From: Pirellulales bacterium
GTDB lineage: Bacteria > Planctomycetota > Planctomycetia > Pirellulales > PALSA-1355
Length of the DNA: 64,000 nucleotides
Assembly: GCA_963733035.1 (NCBI GenBank)
Contig: CAVTBU010000005.1
Span: 1,024,001-1,088,000 of the forward strand
Direction: 5' to 3'
The translations under genes were made by a program, and so were the position numbers. The notes below the pieces were generated by a model. It did no database searches and had not been told where the DNA came from. It saw only the letters and a program-made list of their open reading frames with translations. Positions within the stretch are counted from its first letter, which is position 1; every line of letters begins with the position of its first letter. Shown here in pieces: positions 60,140 to 64,000 of this stretch.

Positions 60140-61690
60140 ATGTACAGCTTCGACCCGCAGGAATGGAAGCAGCACTATCGCCGGGCGGCCGGACCGGCCA
60201 GCAAACACGTCGATCGGCTGCTCGACCGTTTTCAGGAATCGCTCCGCGATTGGTTGCACGCGGCGCTCAACTGGCCGGAGGAGGACTGGCGAACCGATTT
60301 GGCGAGGTTTCTTGATCATTCACGAGGAGCGGGCGTGATCGTCGAGCCGGACGGACGAGCCGCGCTGGAATCGCTCCTGAGATCGCGAGCCAGCGGCAAG
60401 GGGCTCTTGGCCGACCGAGCGCAGGGGCGGATCTCGAAACCTCCATTCCAGTTAGTGGCAGTCGAATTCTCCAACGACGGTCAGGATACAGACGCCACTG
60501 TCGACTACCGTGCCGAACCGACCGAGCCGGAATTAAGTTACGAGCTCGCCGGTTCTGGCCCGGAGACGTCGGAAGCGTATCAACGGAAGGTCAAGCAGAT
60601 CCTTGCCGTGCTCGACGAGTTCGTCGCGCGAATCTGGGAACAGAAACGTGGGATCGTCCGCTCGCGCGAGCGGAACTGGTTGCAGTTCCGTTACTACTCG
60701 GAAAAGGACGACGGCCGATTGGTGATCGTCGTGTCGCCCGAGTTTACCGCGCGTGATACCGCGCTGGCGATTCTCGCCGAAGCGTACGCTTCCGGATCGA
60801 ATCGGATCAACGCCGAGGTGCTCGAGAAGAAGCTGCTGACGGCTGAGGAAATCGAGAAGCAGTACGCCGAGCTTCAAACCAAGGCCTTCAAAGAGGCGGC
60901 AGGTCAAGCGGCGTTTCTCGCCGAGTTCTACGTTAGTTCGCTGGCGTCACTCACGCCCGCCGGCGAACTGATCGTGACAGTCGATGACATCGATAGGAAC
61001 GGCTTTTCTTGGCAACACCTGTTCAATGCCTTGCCACTTCTCCGCCACCTGCCGTTCACAGTTATTGCCGTCAGCTTGAAGCTGAAGGATGGCCATAAAC
61101 TAACGATTCCCGCCCCGCTGCTGCGCAAAATCAAAGCGTTGGGCAAGGCAGGCGCCGCCAAAATCTCTAAAGCCGTTAATTTGTCGAAGTCACCGGAAGA
61201 GGCGCTTGAGAAGATCAAAAAGGTGCTTGAAAAGAAAAAAGGACGCACGTCGCCCAAGAAAGTCAAACCAAAGACCAAGCCATCAAAACCGGCAAAGAAA
61301 CCACCAGTATCAATCAAAAAGGGACCGGGACGATGGATCAAGCCCGACACCAACATGAGACCGCGAAACCGACGGTATCAAACGCAGATTTCGGGTCGAC
61401 TTGAGGAATACCTCGTTGAAGGTGTGAAATTCGACGGTTACAAAAATGGCACACTACTAGAAGCGAAGGGGCCCGGCTACGTGAATTTCGTTACCAAAAA
61501 TGACGAGTTTTACGGTTGGTTTCGTAAGAAAGATGAGCTTATCGATCAGGCTACGCGACAGCTTGAAGTGGCAAACGGCATCCGGATCGAGTGGCACATT
61601 GCGGAGAAGAAACTATACGATGCGATCGAGGCATTGTTCAAGGATGAAGGAATATCTGGCATCATACTAATTCTTACTATACCGAAGTGA
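60140..61690 (+). CDS. Polymorphic toxin with C-terminal Tox-REase-5 nuclease domain
   Basis: YQTQISG...EY.V.GVKFDG....LLEAKG.GY...L.DQA.RQ...ANG..IEWH.AE; K-rich linker. Confidence 0.85.
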   Translation: MYSFDPQEWKQHYRRAAGPASKHVDRLLDRFQESLRDWLHAALNWPEEDWRTDLARFLDHSRGAGVIVEPDGRAALESLLRSRASGKGLLADRAQGRISKPPFQLVAVEFSNDGQDTDATVDYRAEPTEPELSYELAGSGPETSEAYQRKVKQILAVLDEFVARIWEQKRGIVRSRERNWLQFRYYSEKDDGRLVIVVSPEFTARDTALAILAEAYASGSNRINAEVLEKKLLTAEEIEKQYAELQTKAFKEAAGQAAFLAEFYVSSLASLTPAGELIVTVDDIDRNGFSWQHLFNALPLLRHLPFTVIAVSLKLKDGHKLTIPAPLLRKIKALGKAGAAKISKAVNLSKSPEEALEKIKKVLEKKKGRTSPKKVKPKTKPSKPAKKPPVSIKKGPGRWIKPDTNMRPRNRRYQTQISGRLEEYLVEGVKFDGYKNGTLLEAKGPGYVNFVTKNDEFYGWFRKKDELIDQATRQLEVANGIRIEWHIAEKKLYDAIEALFKDEGISGIILILTIPK

Positions 61691-61694
61691 CGCG

Positions 61695-62396
61695 ATGTCC
61701 AAGCTATTCATCGGTGCGTACTGGAAAAGCCGCAGGGCCTCTGTCGGCTCTTGTGCGGACCGACTAGAGAAGTGGCTGCGTACAATCGACGAGATTGCCG
61801 GCCAGACCGTACTCTGGCGTTACGCCGTGCGCAGAAAGCCGCGACTTGAGGAGCTTATTTGCGGACCTGAACGGGAAAAATGCTTGCGGGAACTATTACT
61901 GCTCCGTCGCAATCGCACGGACGTTGGGAACCGGGTGATCCCGTCTCTGGGTTTTTCCGTGTCCTTTTTGAGTGGTGGCGACAGCCACTCGACGTCGGAA
62001 CTCCACATCCACTGCGGTGCATACAGTCGATATATAGGTAACTGCCTTACTTGGGACCGACCAGAGGAAGTTATCGGCGCCGCCGATGTTCAACCGTACC
62101 TGGAGGTGCTGACGGAGCTGGCCGAGCTATGGGAACCGGATTGGGCGGGAGTAATGTCGCGAGAAGCAATGCGCACTCGAGATTACGATGTGAAACCATT
62201 TGTGGATTGGATGTTCTACGTCTGCGACGATTGGTGGTCGCAGCCCCCAGTCGTCGATCCTCCGGCCGTCGTGCGTCGACTGTCGGGCGGGAATCTGATT
62301 GTCGTGCAAGATGCAATCCCAGATCCCCACGATCCCAAACATCTGGCGCAGATACAACGTGTTCAGCAATCGATCAACCCTGCGCTCGATCGGTAG
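61695..62396 (+). CDS. Imm52-like immunity protein
   Basis: Starts 4 nt after the toxin; GAYW..R, LGFS.S, L..L...WEPDWAGV, WM.Y, G.LIV motifs; Imm52 is the usual partner of Tox-REase-5. Confidence 0.75.
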   Translation: MSKLFIGAYWKSRRASVGSCADRLEKWLRTIDEIAGQTVLWRYAVRRKPRLEELICGPEREKCLRELLLLRRNRTDVGNRVIPSLGFSVSFLSGGDSHSTSELHIHCGAYSRYIGNCLTWDRPEEVIGAADVQPYLEVLTELAELWEPDWAGVMSREAMRTRDYDVKPFVDWMFYVCDDWWSQPPVVDPPAVVRRLSGGNLIVVQDAIPDPHDPKHLAQIQRVQQSINPALDR

Positions 62397-62574
62397 CCTT
62401 CTCGCTATGTGTTCCACTGGCCCGTTCCTGGCGGGCCGCGCTTTATGGGCTGGGCTACTTGCGCGGCATGGATCGACCCACGTAACTCCTCAACTTCAGG
62501 GCCGTGGCCAGCGGTCAGTCGCCCCGAGCGCAGGCGAAAATGCCGGGGAGCGGGACGATTCGTCGCCAGTTTGA

Positions 62575-63722
62575 TCAAAAGTCATTTTCCTTTAGCCGAT
62601 ATTGCCAGGGGGTCGCCACTCGCTGCGAGGCCCCGCTCGGCGCGCTCGCCGTAACGGGATCTCCGGCGGCCGTGATGTCGACGACCACGTCCGCCCCGTT
62701 GGGCGTCATCAATTGCGTGTAGACCCGGTAGTCGATGTCGTCGGCCAGAAACCTGGCGTTCCCGCCGCAGAACATGGCATTCACTCCGCCGGGATGATGC
62801 GAGGAGGGCCGAGCGGCCGTCAGTCCGCCGAAGTGCGATTGGTTGCGATATCGAATCGGTACCGGAGCGACCTGGTCCTTCTGGCCGTTGATCGGAATCG
62901 ATTGCGCACCATAGACGTTCTGACGCAAGACGTCGACGGTGGGTGGATAGGCATTGTCGGCCTTGCCGGTGAGAAACCAAACGAACGACGTGTTCTGTCG
63001 CATTTGAAATTCGCTTTCGTACGGACGGTTCTCGTCATTCGGATTGGTGGCCCACGTCGTGGCCTGCAAGTTTTCACTGAGTAACAGCGTGTAGGTATTG
63101 CCGTCATGCTGCGAGAGAAAGTCGAGGGTTACACTGGGCGCCTGGTCGGGATGAAAATTAACAACCCGTGGATCTGGATTCGGCCGCGCGGAGGTTTGGG
63201 CGTAATCGGCTCGCGCACGATTGAAAAACAGGCCGGCGTTGACATCCTCGACCCAGCCAGGGGGAGACGGAATCGGCGGCAAAAAGTCATTCGCCGTGCG
63301 AGCCGAACCGCTGTTAACGACGTACGACAGTTCGTCGGCGCGGCGACCGCGCCGGGATCATTCGGACAAACCAATTGACTGAGGCCCGCCACGAGGTCGG
63401 GGCGTTTGCCGTCAATCGGCGCGATCGATTCGTTGGACCAATTTCGGTACAGGTCATTCCGCTCGAGTTGCGGCAGGATCGGCACCACCCAGCTTGCTCG
63501 CTTTCCGCCGACTACGTTGGCGTAGCCTGGGAACTGCCGGTGCGTTTCGGCGTATTGCATGAGTCCGAGGGCACACTGACGCAAGTTGTTCGAACAGGTT
63601 GCATAGCTCCGCGACCGGCTCTGTTGCCACATCGGGAGAAACAGCGCGGCGAGCAAGAAGATCGCGAACAATGCCACCAGCACTTCCGCAAGATAGACGC
63701 GTCCGCTTCGCTGTCCGTTCAT
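62575..63722 (-). CDS. DUF1559 (planctomycete PulG-like) protein (apparent frameshift near 63345)
   Basis: LAEVLV...LAALFLP, CSNNLRQ..L, SW.V.ILP.LE, VCPND in one frame; SYVVN.G, TLLLSEN, PSSHHPGGVN.MFC.G in the next. Confidence 0.88.
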
Positions 63723-64000
63723 GGCCGGCCTCCTCGAATTCCGCTAAACGAGTTGCTACCACCATGCCTTTCATTTTGACCGGATTCGCTCGGGAGCGCG
63801 GCGATTATCCTCGCCGCAGCGCCCGGCAATTATAACGGCTCGTAACTAGCCAATGCGAATCGCGCGGGCCGTGACTGATTGTTCGCCGGCGACTTTGTAA
63901 CCGTTCAACCGGACGGCCGCAATTTTCGCCTGCCCATAAGCCATTTTCAAACTACGCAGCCCGTTCGCTGGCGGAGTTCGGGTGGGCCAAAAACCAGACG

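Noticed and set aside
63730..64000. Possible 3' end of a gene at the right edge
   Set aside because: Too short to assign a frame or product.

Overview
Bacterial chromosomal window, most likely from a Planctomycete (Pirellulales-like). The assignment rests on a DUF1559 gene, PEP-CTERM proteins, planctomycete-style Wza/TPR and giant envelope proteins, and paralogous CsrA and DUF2294 genes. Housekeeping genes include suhB, lpxA, purA-uppS-cdsA, ppdK and phoH-7TM/HD-ybeY. There are two accessory stretches: about 24.9-39.3 kb and about 55-62.5 kb. The best candidate for an undescribed system lies at 24.9-31.6 kb. Two copies of a 110-nt leader each follow a matching promoter and end in an intrinsic terminator with a plausible competing antiterminator. 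They sit upstream of a DUF2294(MpsC-like)-csrA-GT4-GH130 gene string and of a cold-shock-domain/Zn-ribbon gene string, with a second DUF2294 gene transcribed divergently. Other highlights: a candidate ~155-nt sRNA with its own promoter and terminator (3.1-3.3 kb); two giant envelope proteins built from three paralogous modules; a PEP-CTERM gene bracketed by a duplicated gldA 3' end; and a Tox-REase-5/Imm52 pair with an unrecognised N-terminal domain. Five genes carry apparent 1-nt frameshifts, probably sequencing errors. I saw no rRNA, tRNA, CRISPR array, integrase or transposase. All family calls come from motif recognition by eye; no searches were run.
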